The notes under the pieces were generated by a model. The model made no database searches and was not told where the DNA came from. It saw only the letters and a program-made list of their open reading frames with translations. Below are positions 1-13,578 of a stretch of DNA of 64,000 nt, in pieces. The stretch comes from Octopus vulgaris (taxonomy: Eukaryota): contig OX597816.1 of the NCBI GenBank assembly GCA_951406725.2, positions 34,534,001 to 34,598,000 of the forward strand, given 5' to 3'. Both the position numbers and the translations under genes were made by a program. Position 1 is the stretch's first letter. The number at the start of each line of letters is the position of its first letter.

Positions 1-1532
1 ATAGCGTGAGAATATCGGTTTCAATGTGAAATTATATGGTATCAGCTTGAAAAAAATGTAAACACGAAAACAAATCAATAAATGTCTGCCAGAAGAATGA
101 TGGGAATTGTAACTCTTTGAGGGTTGCTTACAAATTTTACAAATGATTTTAGTACTGGGATTTTTTTTCTTTTGTGAAATAGATAAACACTCTGCTCTTT
201 GTATATCTTGTAATGTACTAATGAACAAATGCTTTAAGTTGTGTCATATTTACACAGTGTAGCGAGGCAGAAATAACACACAACTTCTGATATTGTGTGC
301 ATAAATTTGTTTGTTAGATATTGAGAAACAAAGCATTGCAGAGCCTTAATATTGAAAGCCATATCAAACTCAAACTAAATATATAGAAATTAATACTAAT
401 TATAAAGTGATCGCTGCATTTATCGATTGAAATATTCATAGGAAATATTCATTACTTAAAATGCTCCTTTTATTTGCATAACATCCAGAACGGTTGCGAG
501 GATAAGAGATATGTTTATTTGCAAAGGTGTGGTTTTATTATAGAAGATTTGGACATAGTTACTATAAATGAATATAGATTAAACAGAATACTGTCAGGTC
601 ATACTACAGATGTGAAGATAAACAGTGACTTCAATTACAGATATGCGAAACAAGTACAATGTACACAACAATATTATTTGTATATTCTGTGAAAAGTTGG
701 GTTGCTGTATTTTCTTGAAGCTAAAGGGAAGATACAAAATCTTACACTAACTGAAATTTTGTAGTGTAACAGAATTGATGATGCACCGTCGATATGGTGG
801 CGCAACGAAAATAAATATCATAGAATGTAGCAGGCAGATGTTCAGTAGTGTTAAACACAAAGATAGCTAGTTAATTCGATATTCAAATTTTTGACACACA
901 CGTGACTGTAAATTAGCGATTCTGCCGCTATCAATAATTAGAATCTAATACAATGGTGATATACTAAAATGAATATTTGGAAATAGCATGGGATGAACAT
1001 TCGTATAGTTCATATATTTCATATCTTACGAAAAAAAGCTATATAGACTTCCTCTTCACAAAGATTTATGTTACAATCAAATGAACGTGAAATATCAATG
1101 CTCATAGAACGCAATATTTTCGATTATACGCAAGGGTGGCGTGAAAAAAATATCTAATATATTTTCAACACTCTTAACTGACGGCATTTCGCCAGAACGG
1201 AATACCATGGGAGAATGAAGGATGCTCGTGTGACGGGAATTGATAAGAATACGTTCTAAGCAGGAATGTGCATTTTGTAATAGCCCAAAAAACCAAAAAG
1301 AAGAACAAAGCGCATATAAAATGTAGTGTAATTCGACGTTCGGGAGAAAATATGGTTAGCAATCATTCATAGCAGAAAGAGAAATATTAATACGGCCTGA
1401 ACATATGTTGATAACCCATGAATAGATTCCCAAGGAAAGGTTTTGTTTAATGATAAGTGACTATATGCGAATATATATAGTCGTATATATATGTGTGTGT
1501 GTGTGTGCGTGTGTCTGTGTGTATATCTGTGT

Positions 1533-1574
<42 letters not shown>

Positions 1575-2309
1575 TAGATAGATAGATATATATATATGTA
1601 TATACATACATATATGTATAAATGCGTGTGTATTCACACCAATGTATGTATTTGCATGTATACATACTCACCTATACATGTATGTTTGTATGTAAGTGTG
1701 TGAGTCTGTGTGCGCGCGCAAATCGGTACATGGATATCTGAAAGCTTTATATGCATTACACACAAAAAGAAGGTTAATGGGAAGCACACAGATATATTTT
1801 TAAAAAAACAAAAATAGAAACCTGAAGGAAAAGACGTGGAGCTACAAGGTTGTCATAATATATTTCATTACGTAAAATAATACATAATCTCTTTAATGAG
1901 TATCAATATTTCCATTGATCTTTTAAAAATTCTAAACTTTTGATGATTCATACGTCGATTGCCAATCATCTGAGAACGAGTAATGGTCATGTTATTTCAA
2001 ATTGTATTAACCACATCAAGAACATATTCCCTATTCAAACTTACAAAGAAATAGAAATTTGTGTAGATATATGCGATAACGAAGGCAAGTTATTAATATG
2101 TGAGAGAGGTGAAGTAAAAGAAGTAAAAATGTGCAACTGTGCTACGCATCTTTATCAAAACTTCTGGTACCTTTTGCAAACATCATCTGCCTCTATTTAT
2201 AGCCTTGTTACCAGCAAGAAATACGCTCGAGGCATGTTTGAAGACATAAGAAAGTCAATCAATGTAGTATGTCTTGGAGAAAAATTGTACGTATATATAT
2301 ATATATATA

Positions 2310-2482
2310 TAAATATTTATATAATTTTTACACGTCTTGTATATAATATTAATAGTATTTTTATAACCTTAAAGCTTATAGCGATCGCCGCGCATTAACG
2401 AAAGAAGTCTAATAATGGGGCATATAAGAATAAGTTTCCCGTACGCGTGGGAATCGAACTGACACCTCTTTGTTTATGCGAA
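2310..2482 (-). mobile_element. 5'-truncated tRNA-derived SINE-like fragment between (TA)n tracts
   Basis: Minus strand reads AGAGGTGTCAGTTCGATTCCCACGCGTACGGGA, a B-box/T-arm-like motif (GTTCGATTCC). No A box is visible. (TA)n lies on both sides. Confidence 0.45.
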
Positions 2483-2544
2483 CATATATATATATACATA
2501 TATATATGTATATATGAATGTATATGTATATCTGTATGTATGTA

Positions 2545-2590
<46 letters not shown>

Positions 2591-2632
2591 TATATATATA
2601 TGTGTGTGTGTATGTGTGTGTGTGTGTGTGTA
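2483..2632. repeat. Compound (TA)n/(TG)n microsatellite, representative of dozens of similar tracts in the window
   Basis: Dinucleotide runs are directly visible. Similar long (TA)n tracts occur at ~1540, 8401, 8997, 13458, 17990, 22155, 25358, 29420, 48449, 49790 and 57366. Confidence 0.95.
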
Positions 2633-3989
2633 TACATTTCCGTATATATGATAGTTTGTTATCTGATGTGTATAAGACACATAATTATATATACAACACA
2701 TTTATATACACACACTCATATATATTTACGCTTTTATTGAACAACATCGCTTCTATATTTGGTATTGGCTTTCCGCTATTAAATTCCTTATCATGATGTA
2801 ATATCTTCTATGTCATTATTCTGACTTTCACTGCAATATCTAATTCTCACTTATAAGTGCTGCTATTGGAGATTTTATACTTACATTGATTGAGATGATT
2901 TATATGGCTGTTTCTTACCCTTGTTGATTGTGTTACACTTAACTTTGTATTGTTTTTAAGATATTGTTGTTGCAATCAATATTTTCAATAGTAAATTTAC
3001 TGTTTTGTTTCCATGAATTAAACATTAACGTATTAGTATATTAAACGAAGTTAACCGAGATTCTACTATATATTTATGGACAGTATTTTTTTTTCAAACA
3101 GTCTTTCAAACATTTCAGCGTGGTCAAGAAGTGAGAGTTATCTGATCGCCATATTTCGTATTTGACGTTGTGAAGATAGAAATTAGTGGTTTCAGGTTAG
3201 TGTGTTTCGTTATATTGTTAGATCATTTAATCTGTGAGTCTATGAAGAGCAATAACAGAATCAGACGAAGATTTTCAAAAGTTTCTATCGGATGTCTGTG
3301 TGTGTGTGTTTTACAGAGATCTTGCATAGGAAGTGTTTTGATCTGAGATCGTCTGCGGAAATTAAAGCGTGAAACATATGTTAGCCCTTAAACTTAACTA
3401 AAATATTTATTTGTAAAATGGTGGCAACATTTTTGTCACTCGAAAGTTTGACTTGTTCACTGAGAAATAAGTTTCCTCGATTTGAATATTATTTTAAAAC
3501 AACCTGATATATACCTCTTGTGATATTAATTTTGATGTTTTTTTGGCTCGCTTTTTGTCTTATGTGTTAATCGATTTAATTGAGTGTGCATAGGTAGTCA
3601 GTTATCAATTAGTTTTCGTTTCAGCCGTCTTTTTTTATTATTTATCTTTATGATCTCCAACTTTGGAACCTGTTTTTCGAAACAACAGCAGAATATACCT
3701 ATATTTCTATATCATCCAGGAAACGAACAAGATATTGACTTAAAAGTGTTACGAGAGTGTCCAGTATAAATTTCAGAGGGCTCCACGGAAGTTGTGTGAC
3801 ATATCCGGTATTTAAATCACCATCACCGTTATAGATAATGGATTAAAAAATACATTGATGTAGGAAGGCATTGAAGATGTTATTATTCCAGCACACAATA
3901 TAGGTGCTCCTTACAAGATTTTTTGACAATTTACGCCTGGTTAATATTCAGTTCATATAAATGTTAAGATATGTTTGATCGCTTTGACT

Positions 3990-4465
3990 ACATAAATTTA
4001 TACAGCAACACCCGTTCTCTCACTCTTTTTACGTCACCACTTGCCTCTCGCCAGCGAATCGAATGTTGGCAACAAATCTATTCGACGACACCATACATTT
4101 ACGCACACATCACTCAAATAAATACAACTATACACGCACACATAGATATTAAAACACATACACACTTGCCAACTTCGCACTCTCTTGTTCCCCCCAAAAA
4201 CGCTTTCTCTCTCTCTCTCTCTACCCACTTCCGGTCATTTCAGCCATGTAACCACACACATTCTTTCCCGGGATTTTTTTAGTTTCCTGGACTTTTCATT
4301 TCTCCTCTGTCCAACGAATAGCATTGCTCGAAAGGTAAAAATACACACACTTTATTCCACCTCTAAAGTGCGTCAAGGTAATACGTTCCAACGTTCCACA
4401 TGCTCAACCTCTTATTGTTTTATGATTTTTTTTAATGTTCGATGGTTAAAGTTCAACATTTAATA
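3990..4465 (+). mobile_element. Probable PLE 3' terminal (pseudo-LTR-like) segment with a degenerate hammerhead motif
   Basis: C/A-rich UTR-like sequence with a (CT)n run, then CCAACGA-ATAGC-ATT-GCTC-GAAAGGTA (4311-4337), which resembles a mutated CUGANGA-stem II-GAAACGUA. It shares CTTTT(T)ACGTCAC with the PLE 3' region near 17557. Confidence 0.4.
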
Positions 4466-5389
4466 TTAGCTTTGATTACATACTCACTCGTGCGCTTACA
4501 TATTGTTTAATATACACAGTATATAATTATGAGCTACTACTTATAGCTCATAACTATACACAGGTTGAAAAGGGAGAAAAGGAAGAAATTAAGAATAAAA
4601 CAAATTTGCGTCCCCTTTCTAAGTTGAAATCATCATTCGTCTACCTAGTTTAGAATTATCCAGCATCCAGCAGGCTCAATATTACGAGACATCTGCTCAG
4701 TCCAGCGAGAGTCCACCAGTTCGACAACAGACATTCGCCCACGTTCATACATGTGCCACAAACATCGGATCTGGGATTACGGAGTGCGGTGGTATTCTTG
4801 AATCTAAAAAAGATTGTGCGTTATTCCAGTTACACATAGCTTACATCTCTTTTCATTCATTTACTTACTGCGAAGATTTCTGAACGATGCTCCACTTGAT
4901 TATAAGTCGTGTGTAATTGATCTTCAACGATCATAAAATGATAGACAGCTTATTGGTTTTAGTTTCGTTGACGTGTCGGCAATAAGACTGACGGTTTTCG
5001 TATCTTGTTTTAAATTTTTCCTTCACATAAACCGACGTAATTTCTCTTTTCGATTACATTATTATGGAGCACTGCTCTGATTTGGTATTCATAACTGACT
5101 GATTTCATTAAACAAGATTGATTAAGATGAGTATGTTACAAAGCCTCAACAGTTGTACCTAGTAGAGGACCCTTGGGATGGCTTGCTAGTGACCGGTATT
5201 AGAAGCTCATATTGAAATACTGTGTGTCTTACAGAATGTATGTATATGTACGTGTGTACGTTGTAGCCTGTTCTGAACATATTAACTGCATTCACTCTAC
5301 GTGTGATGTTTTAAGTCTGACTTGTGTTTTAGCTTTTAGATTAACATTTATTAACATGCTTGTCACCAGTAATCTAAATATGGTAGTGG

Positions 5390-6620
5390 AGTGATGGATG
5401 CTGACAGAAAGATCGAGAAAGGCTAAGGAAGTATCGGAAACAGTGCAGGAGAAATGGAAGGCAAGATGGAAAGATTTAACAAAGTATACAAAGGTGCCTA
5501 GTTGCTCGCTATAGCTTGGGAGTGGAACCGATGAAACTTTAGAATATATGGGCCTCAACGTAGCCAACGAAGAGTTTCGCACTGTTAGAGACCATTAACG
5601 TTTCCATGGCCACTCCTGAGACATTCTGGTCTAAATCGCCCGCGAACAAGAAGCAGTTAAAGGCGAGGACTAGTTCGGCCAGACGAAGAAGTGCTGATGT
5701 GTCAGATTGGGTGTTATGTCAAAGAAGTTTTGTAGTGCACAAAGCCCCCCGTGGTGATGGATCACAGTCTAAAAGCTCTTGGTGTCAAGAGTGAAGAGAA
5801 GTCTAGAGGGTCAAGGTGGGAAGGAAAAATATTTGTCAAACGAAGAGCATGGTTGTTGTCATGGATGTGAGAGGGGAAGGAAGCCACTAAGGGGCAAGGA
5901 TATGGTCAAGATATTGGGATATGAATTCGCTGGGTCAGTTGCAGTTGGAGAAAATGGGGCGGCCAAGATTGTTAGGTTTGTGGAATTTTAGGAGGAAGTA
6001 AATTGTAGGAGTGCATGGTTTGCGGACAATAACGATGGAGGTGGTATGGGTGAGACGGGAGGAGGAGAGGAAGACATGGATAGCGGAGGACACTCTCAGT
6101 TGGTAGCTGGGCGTGGGGTTGGTAAGCTGAGGGCAATAGAAGGAGGTGTCTTGGAGTTGGCGGAGAGTTTCCGCCTTGTAGAGGTCCGCGTGCCACACCA
6201 CCGCGGCACCACTCTTGTCGGCCGGTTTTATGATGTCATTGCGGCGTCGGAGATATCGAAGCGCTGAGAGTTTGACTGGGGTGATGTTCAAATATCGGGG
6301 ACGCCTGGAGAATTGAAACCGGTCTACAGCACGCTGGCAGACGCCCGCAAAATAATCGATTGCTTGGACATGGCCAGAGGCTGCCGTCCACTGGGAGGAT
6401 TGGTGGCCCAATTCGGTGAAGCAGTTCTCCTTATTAGAATCAGGCGAAGTGTCGCGGAATAATGCACACAACCTAATACGGCGCACAAAGCTCTGGATAT
6501 CGCCAGGGGTCCGAAATTCGTTGCTGGATCGAGTGAGTGAGATGAGGCGCAGGCTCCTACTGATGGGGGAGCGCTCCGCCCCAGTGAGAGGAAGATCTGG
6601 GGACAGGTAACAACAGAGTG
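5390..6620 (-). mobile_element. Decayed Penelope-like element, RT portion (3'-truncated, frameshifted)
   Basis: ORF 5935-6486 contains DIIKPADKSGAAVVW and TPTIYFLLKFHKPNNLGRPIFSNCN, matching the PLE motifs IKPADKG..VV and PKIHK...RPI. Downstream frames give LFTLDTKSF, SGVAMET and AFLDLSVSI. Confidence 0.9.
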
Positions 6621-7569
6621 AATTGAAGATTCCAATACCTTATGATTAAAATCCAATAGTATCTAAAATTGGTCATTCCAAGTATAGAGTCTGTACACAG
6701 TGCTATTGAATCAAGAGTGTTATTTAAAGTGACCTAAAAGTAGGGAATGTTTTTGTAAGGTGAATTGGAAAACAGGAAGAGAGGAATAAAGAAAAGAGAA
6801 GAAAGAGAAGAAAAAGAGAAGAAAAAAGAAAGAAACTGGAAGATAGGAATAAAGAAAAGAATGAAAAAAGAAAAAAAGAAAAAAGAAAAACAAGTAGAGT
6901 GATAATAAGGGAAAGTGTACCAGTTAGTGGTCAATCAAGTCAATTTGAAAATAGGTAAGGGGAGATAAGTGTGATAGAGAAAGAAAGTTATTAGAGTGTA
7001 AAACGATAGAAGGAATGGGGGTAATAGACAGAGAGAGGTAAAAAAAAGTAAAGGAGTGTCAGTTATGTATTGATAGAATCTAAGTGATGGGGCAGAGAGG
7101 GGGTAGTAGTATGGAATGAAGAATTTAGGAACATAGATTAGGTGGTTGGACAGGTCAGTGCTTAGTAATAGAAGAAATTATGTGAAGATGTATAGATACG
7201 TATATATTAGATATGTATGTATATATATATTTATACAGATGTTTATATATATCACTACTATCTACAAATACAACTCCTACTCATGTGTATATGTACACAT
7301 GCATATCCATACATACGCATATCTGTATGTATTATCGCCCCTGTATACGCATGTATACATACCTTGTATACACACATACATACACGCATATACACACATA
7401 TATATACACGCGCGTATGAATACGCGCATATACACACAAATATAATTAGATGGTTGTGATTTTCGAGTATGTGTGAGGAGTTAGATAGGGATTAAGAGTT
7501 AATATATAGATTTATACGGCTACTGGGATTACCTAAGGAGTATGGTAGAAATATATTGTATGGTCGTTT

Positions 7570-8399
7570 AGACATTTGGATTTGTGGTAGAATTTGAATG
7601 TGTGAAAAAAGCGGTTGTTGCATGTGCTTAGTGACTCATTGTGTTTATTTAACAGTGCTGGAGAGTTGTGCCTCTTTCAGGCAACGTTTGCAGGCTGAGC
7701 GTGGACGTCGGTAGGGAGGTCCCGGGTCCAGTATGGACTATGATATAGTATAGGGTATATTTTTGAGATGATGAATACTGTTGGCGAGTGTTGAAGATTT
7801 ACTATGTTTATCGTATCTAAAAGAATGGAGGTGAGCGGTATATCGTTGCTTAAAACTTTTGGTTGATCCTGTGTATATGACTGTAGAGTTGTGTAATAGA
7901 TTAAGGACAGTGCATTTGTAAATTACATTATATCTTCTACAATGGATTTGTAACGGGCAGGCGGTTCCAGGACAGCAATTGCAATTAGGTGAATTTTGGG
8001 GACTGTGTTCAGGAATAGAGAAGGTAATATAGTCAGAGGAGAGGTTAGAGAAGTGGTTAGAATATTCTATATCATTAGTATTATTAACGTTATCATTACC
8101 ATCATTGCTATTATTACAATTGTTGTTATTATTTGTACTATTTGTAAGGGTGGTAGAGATTGTAGTGGTGTCAATAGGATGGGTTGGGTTAAGGGTATCT
8201 ATGCTCGAGCTGTGTGTGTGTTCAGTGTTCGTATGTCTAGAGTTGTAGTTACGTGAATTTTGATAGTACAGAGAAAGCTTTTGCTTATTAGAAGCTGCTA
8301 CAATAGATTCGATTTTGGGTGAGGTAGTATAAGATAGTTTCAGGGTGGATCGATTAAAGATAGAATGATATTTACGTTGTCGAGGGAAGTTAGAATCTA

Positions 8400-8400
<1 letters not shown>
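7570..8400 (-). mobile_element. 5'-truncated PLE: linker plus GIY-YIG endonuclease region (not in the ORF track)
   Basis: Manual translation from 8400 to 7741 is 220 codons without a stop: LDSNFPRQRKYHSIFNRSTLKLSYTTSPKIESIVAASNKQK...CNCCPGTACPLQIHCRRYNVIYKCTV...IYTGSTKSFKQRYTAHLHSFR. A TAG then replaces the conserved Trp, followed by SILD..PY...ACKRCLKE. It begins right at the (TA)n tract at 8401. Confidence 0.9.
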
Positions 8401-8438
<38 letters not shown>

Positions 8439-8815
8439 AGAAAATTCTACCACAGTTTAATATTTTGTTAGAAACAACCTCAACTATATATATTCCAGAA
8501 GTTAGGTATCTACGAGGTTAACATCTACATGTCTCTACAAGCAATATTTCCTAGACTGCTAAATTTAATTAAAGTTTGCGCTATTTATAGTCAATCACTT
8601 GCTCCTAACCAACATGCAAATTTAAGAACCAGTCGATTATTCAATACAAGTCTTCTAACTCTATGTAATTTCAGTGCAAACAAACATACACACTTTTCAG
8701 TTATTACATTCTTAAGCTCGAATATATTTGATGTTCCATAAAGTGTGCCATAGTTTTAAATACCAACGTATAAGCAATTATTGCAAACAGTAAATGTATT
8801 AAATATACTCCCTGC

Positions 8816-9257
<442 letters not shown>

Positions 9258-10065
9258 TGATCTTTTCTTTTTCAAAACGAGTGCTTCATATCTCTGAGCT
9301 TATCAACCAACAGCACCCACACATACACGCGTTTGAATCATATTTCCATTTCAAAGGAAGAAGCAGAACATTTTAAAATATTTTACATTAATAAACGAAG
9401 AATTCAACGAGAGTTTTAAATAAACTTTTGCATATAAAACTATGGATACTGCACATTTATATCTTCTTTAATTAATTAAGAAAATATAGGTATTTTATTT
9501 TATACATACAAATCGATATTGCTAATGCATAGATAGACCATTCCTAATTTAAAATTTTAACATACACAGTGTTTTTAAACTGCAAAAATAATTATTCATA
9601 ATCATACTCAAAAGCCAGCTCCCAATTGTAATTACGTTGTTAAAATTTTCTCATTAAGCAAATCTTTCGATTTGTTATTTAAAATTAAAGTCACGTCGAA
9701 AGTTTGATTAATGTAATTTTTCTTTGTTATAATTATCACTACTTGAATTTGCGGTTTATAAATATGATTTCACTAATATTACGAGGAATAAATGTTGTCA
9801 ATAGTGTTAAAATATAAATAATGAAAATTACCAAAAATTTCAATGTTTAACCTTCTCTAATTACATGTGAACAATTATTGATAATTTGAATGAATTTAAC
9901 CAGTAATCAGCATACATGTTACGGCTGTATTCTAGATTGCAGAAATATTTTAACGTTTTTGCTGAATACTGATGTTTCATTCGTTTAATGTCTTGATAAA
10001 AAGCAATAAAGATCGATAGCCGGTCGTGGTAACATTTGATTTTAATCTGGGTCAAAATCGTAATA

Positions 10066-10510
10066 CTGTAAATTTTCGAGTATAGTCCGCCCTTGAATAT
10101 ACTACGCAGGGGATTTTTAGGGGGCTGTACCTCTGAACTACCTAAACCATGTGTATAATACGCACCCCTTCTCTTTCTCGCACAGACACTTCTCCGCATG
10201 CGTAATACAATAGCGGTGATGTTCTTAACTGTTATATGGGAATGTAAATATGTTTGCAAATTGTTTTTGTTACATGTTATTCTGTGTTCTGAATACTTTT
10301 ATTTTAATAAATGTTGCTCACTGCAAGTTATGAATAATTATTTTATGACTTCATTGCTTTCAGGCTTAGCTTAAGGTATTTTCACGCCCCACATCACCAA
10401 ATGCGTCTGAATAAACATTGCCGGGCAGCAACCTCGCATATAGTACGCACTAGGGATTTTGACCTTTAAATTTTGGGAAAAAATTGCGGATTGTACTCGA
10501 GGATTTACGG
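10066..10510. mobile_element. Tc1/mariner/pogo-type MITE with TA target-site duplication
   Basis: Imperfect TIRs ta|CTGTAAATTTTCGAGTATAGTCCGC ... GCGGATTGTACTCGAGGATTTACGG|ta. Internal subterminal repeats (TATACTACGCA, TATAATACGCA, TATAGTACGCA). Non-coding. Confidence 0.85.
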
Positions 10511-13456
10511 TACTCTTCACTATAACTAGTTCACCATAGATATCTATATTACCTCTACCTACAGATTTTTGTAATGTACAATAATTAGTTGCAATTGTTC
10601 GTGGGCCTATTACGTTCTGATTTCGACGAATGTTTTATTTTCAACCATTACAGCTTCCACAAAATAATCTACCAGATCAGTGTTGTGTGTGATTTATCAC
10701 TTGATACTAGAAGGCCTCTATTTTAATTAGAAAGCTACGGTCGAGAATCCCGGCTATTTTCATTATTGTGATGTAAATGTGGGATATACCAACGAGTGTT
10801 AGGGAAGAATGGTAATTCAATCTATTATTTGATTTAAAAGACTTATTAATTAAAAAATTTTGCATAATTTGTGGAATATCTGGAACGCCTGTCATTGTTA
10901 AAGAAAACAAGTCGGCACACACGCAAAAAATACCCGTAATTCTAGAGGTCTATTCACATATATGATCACTGTTTAGGATATTTTATAAAAATACTTTCTT
11001 CCAGGTTACTACTCGTCCTTGCACGAATTAGTTGACTATTTTCATATCAGTAGTGTGAATACCGTCAACAATTTAAAAATCTCGGCATTCATTCTGATTC
11101 CCTATTCCAAGTGCAATTCTGGGTATTTTGTGCATCATTATAACAAATTTACACATGGGGAAAAGGTAAAACTGCAGAGTGAATTGCCCTAGAACACAAC
11201 GATTGTCAAACATATTTAACTGTATCGGTAAAATATCATGAAATGTTCGAGATTCTAGCGGATTTATTTTGTCTATATTAGTATAAGATTAGTAATGAAA
11301 TTAACGAATTTCTACGAGTGAAAATGGAGCATTATGCGAATGTCTTCAAAGATTTTAAGAAAACACAATTATATAGAGCAAATAAAGCAATATATTTCCT
11401 ATCTCAACCAAGTTGTTTCTAACAAACGCATTCCTTATTGTTGTTATCATAAATTTAGGAACGTTACATGTGTAGCAAATTATATCGATGCCACTTGTAT
11501 TGCAGAATTTCGTTAACTCCTATCGCATCAAATTTCGAGCATTTCACCATTATATTATAAATGTTATCTTCACAAGATTGTTGTATTATATCATATATTA
11601 CATGTTCACCCCCGAGAAAATGAAAATAACTCACAGGTTGGATATGCTGAAATTATAACAAATATGCTCCCCTGGGACCATTTCTATAGAAAGTAAATGG
11701 ATATTGTGTTGAAAAGGTGCATGCCCTGACCTCAAATTTTCGGTGACTTTTATTGTGTATCAAGGCATTTTTCCTAACTTATGAGAGTACCAGCTTATTG
11801 CATATGATAAAGACAATTTTTACACAAACATAAATATTGAAGTTCTATCGACCACATAGTATGTAATCTAATATCAACCTTGGTAAAAAATTACATTAAA
11901 TCAGTGTGGGACAACACACTCGGAAGTGCAATATCTCGGAATCAATTTTTATAGATTTACAGCAATATTAACTAAAGTGAGTGTCCTTATCTCAGTGTGT
12001 ACACATCATTATACGATTCATGATTTTCAAGATGTAAATTAAAACCTATCTTAAGTTTCAGTTAATAAGCATGCCCAAGCTAATTAGATAAATTAAAGTA
12101 ACTTATGCATAGAATATTGCATAATAAATTCGGCTATTAATATTAAATCCGTACTTTACAAATTCCATGAAATTAATGTAATGACAAACGCTGTCACTAT
12201 TATCCAAGAAATAAACATCGAGAGTGAGCATTCCTTACCAACCAATTCCCCAGTGTGTTTATTCTCTCTATTGCAGAACCTGATATGCATGTTCAGCTCT
12301 TTACAACTCCAAAGTAAAATTGATGACAGTTAAAGAGATACTTTTGAAAGCCAATGTCGTCCATTTTTAATATGACAGCTGATGTTACTAACAGTGTAAC
12401 AAAATATTTAGAGTTTGCACATTGGCCCATTCTGCAGATTACAGAGCGTAGTTATATTTTAGGTGTGAAGACAATAAATTAGCCACTGTAGCGCTTCTTG
12501 ACCACCAAGAAGAGAATACGCGATGTGCTTCTCGCTTGGGAAGGCGATGAGATATGAGGATACGGTTTTAGTTTAAATCATTTGAGTCCTTCGCTGTCTA
12601 GTAACACCAATATTTACAGGGTCTGTATACCTTAACAATATTATATTTCCTGAACTCGATAATTTGATATCACAAAATCCCTGCCTGATATAATAGGAAT
12701 GCGGCTATTGTTTGTTAAGCCACTTTTTCAAGTTGTACGCTCACCATGCTATCCCTTATATTTTCACCACGCTACCCCTGATATGTTTACCATAAATATT
12801 AGCCAATGTGCCTCTCGTCAACCACATCATTCTATATTTGGTCCTGAGCGCAATATGTTTACATTCACCATTAATACATACAAGAATCCGTTTCAATACC
12901 TCCCATCACCCGTTATAAATTCTCGCCCCCTTTTTTTTTTATTGTGGAGTCACATCTAAAGAATCATCTGTGAGTTCTATAAGTTAACTTTTCAGTAATT
13001 TTCCACATTCGAAAATGGCGTAATGGCAGTGGTAAAAAACGAGCAACTCAGAAACTTACGATTGATTCGAATTTAATATTCAAGACAGATAAAACTATGC
13101 AAAGGTACTCCAAATTCTTTTAACCAGATATCATAGTAAAAATTATTTCTTGAAGGCCATTGAACAACCTGAAATACCTCTGAGTTTAATTCAATGAGCA
13201 GTGGCGGCGTTACAGAAATATAAAATTTCAGTCAAGTATCTACTTGTTGATCTCTACTGTCCAGAAATTTTAACTTCAAAACCAGATGGTATCGGAATAG
13301 AATAATCTTTGATTATCATGTACCTGTTATTCCTAGGTCATTGTACAGTATGCAATGAAAATTTGCAAAGTTTCGCCAAAATGGAGAATTTAAAATGTCA
13401 GTAAATGCGATAAGGGTGTTAGGAAACACCTACATTTCTAGCAATACTAGCATTTA

Positions 13457-13516
<60 letters not shown>

Positions 13517-13535
13517 ATGTGTGTGTGCGTGTGTG

Positions 13536-13578
<43 letters not shown>

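Noticed and set aside
1940-2398. 152-aa ORF
   Set aside because: It has a TTG start, runs into a (TA)n tract, and shows no recognisable domain or splice support.
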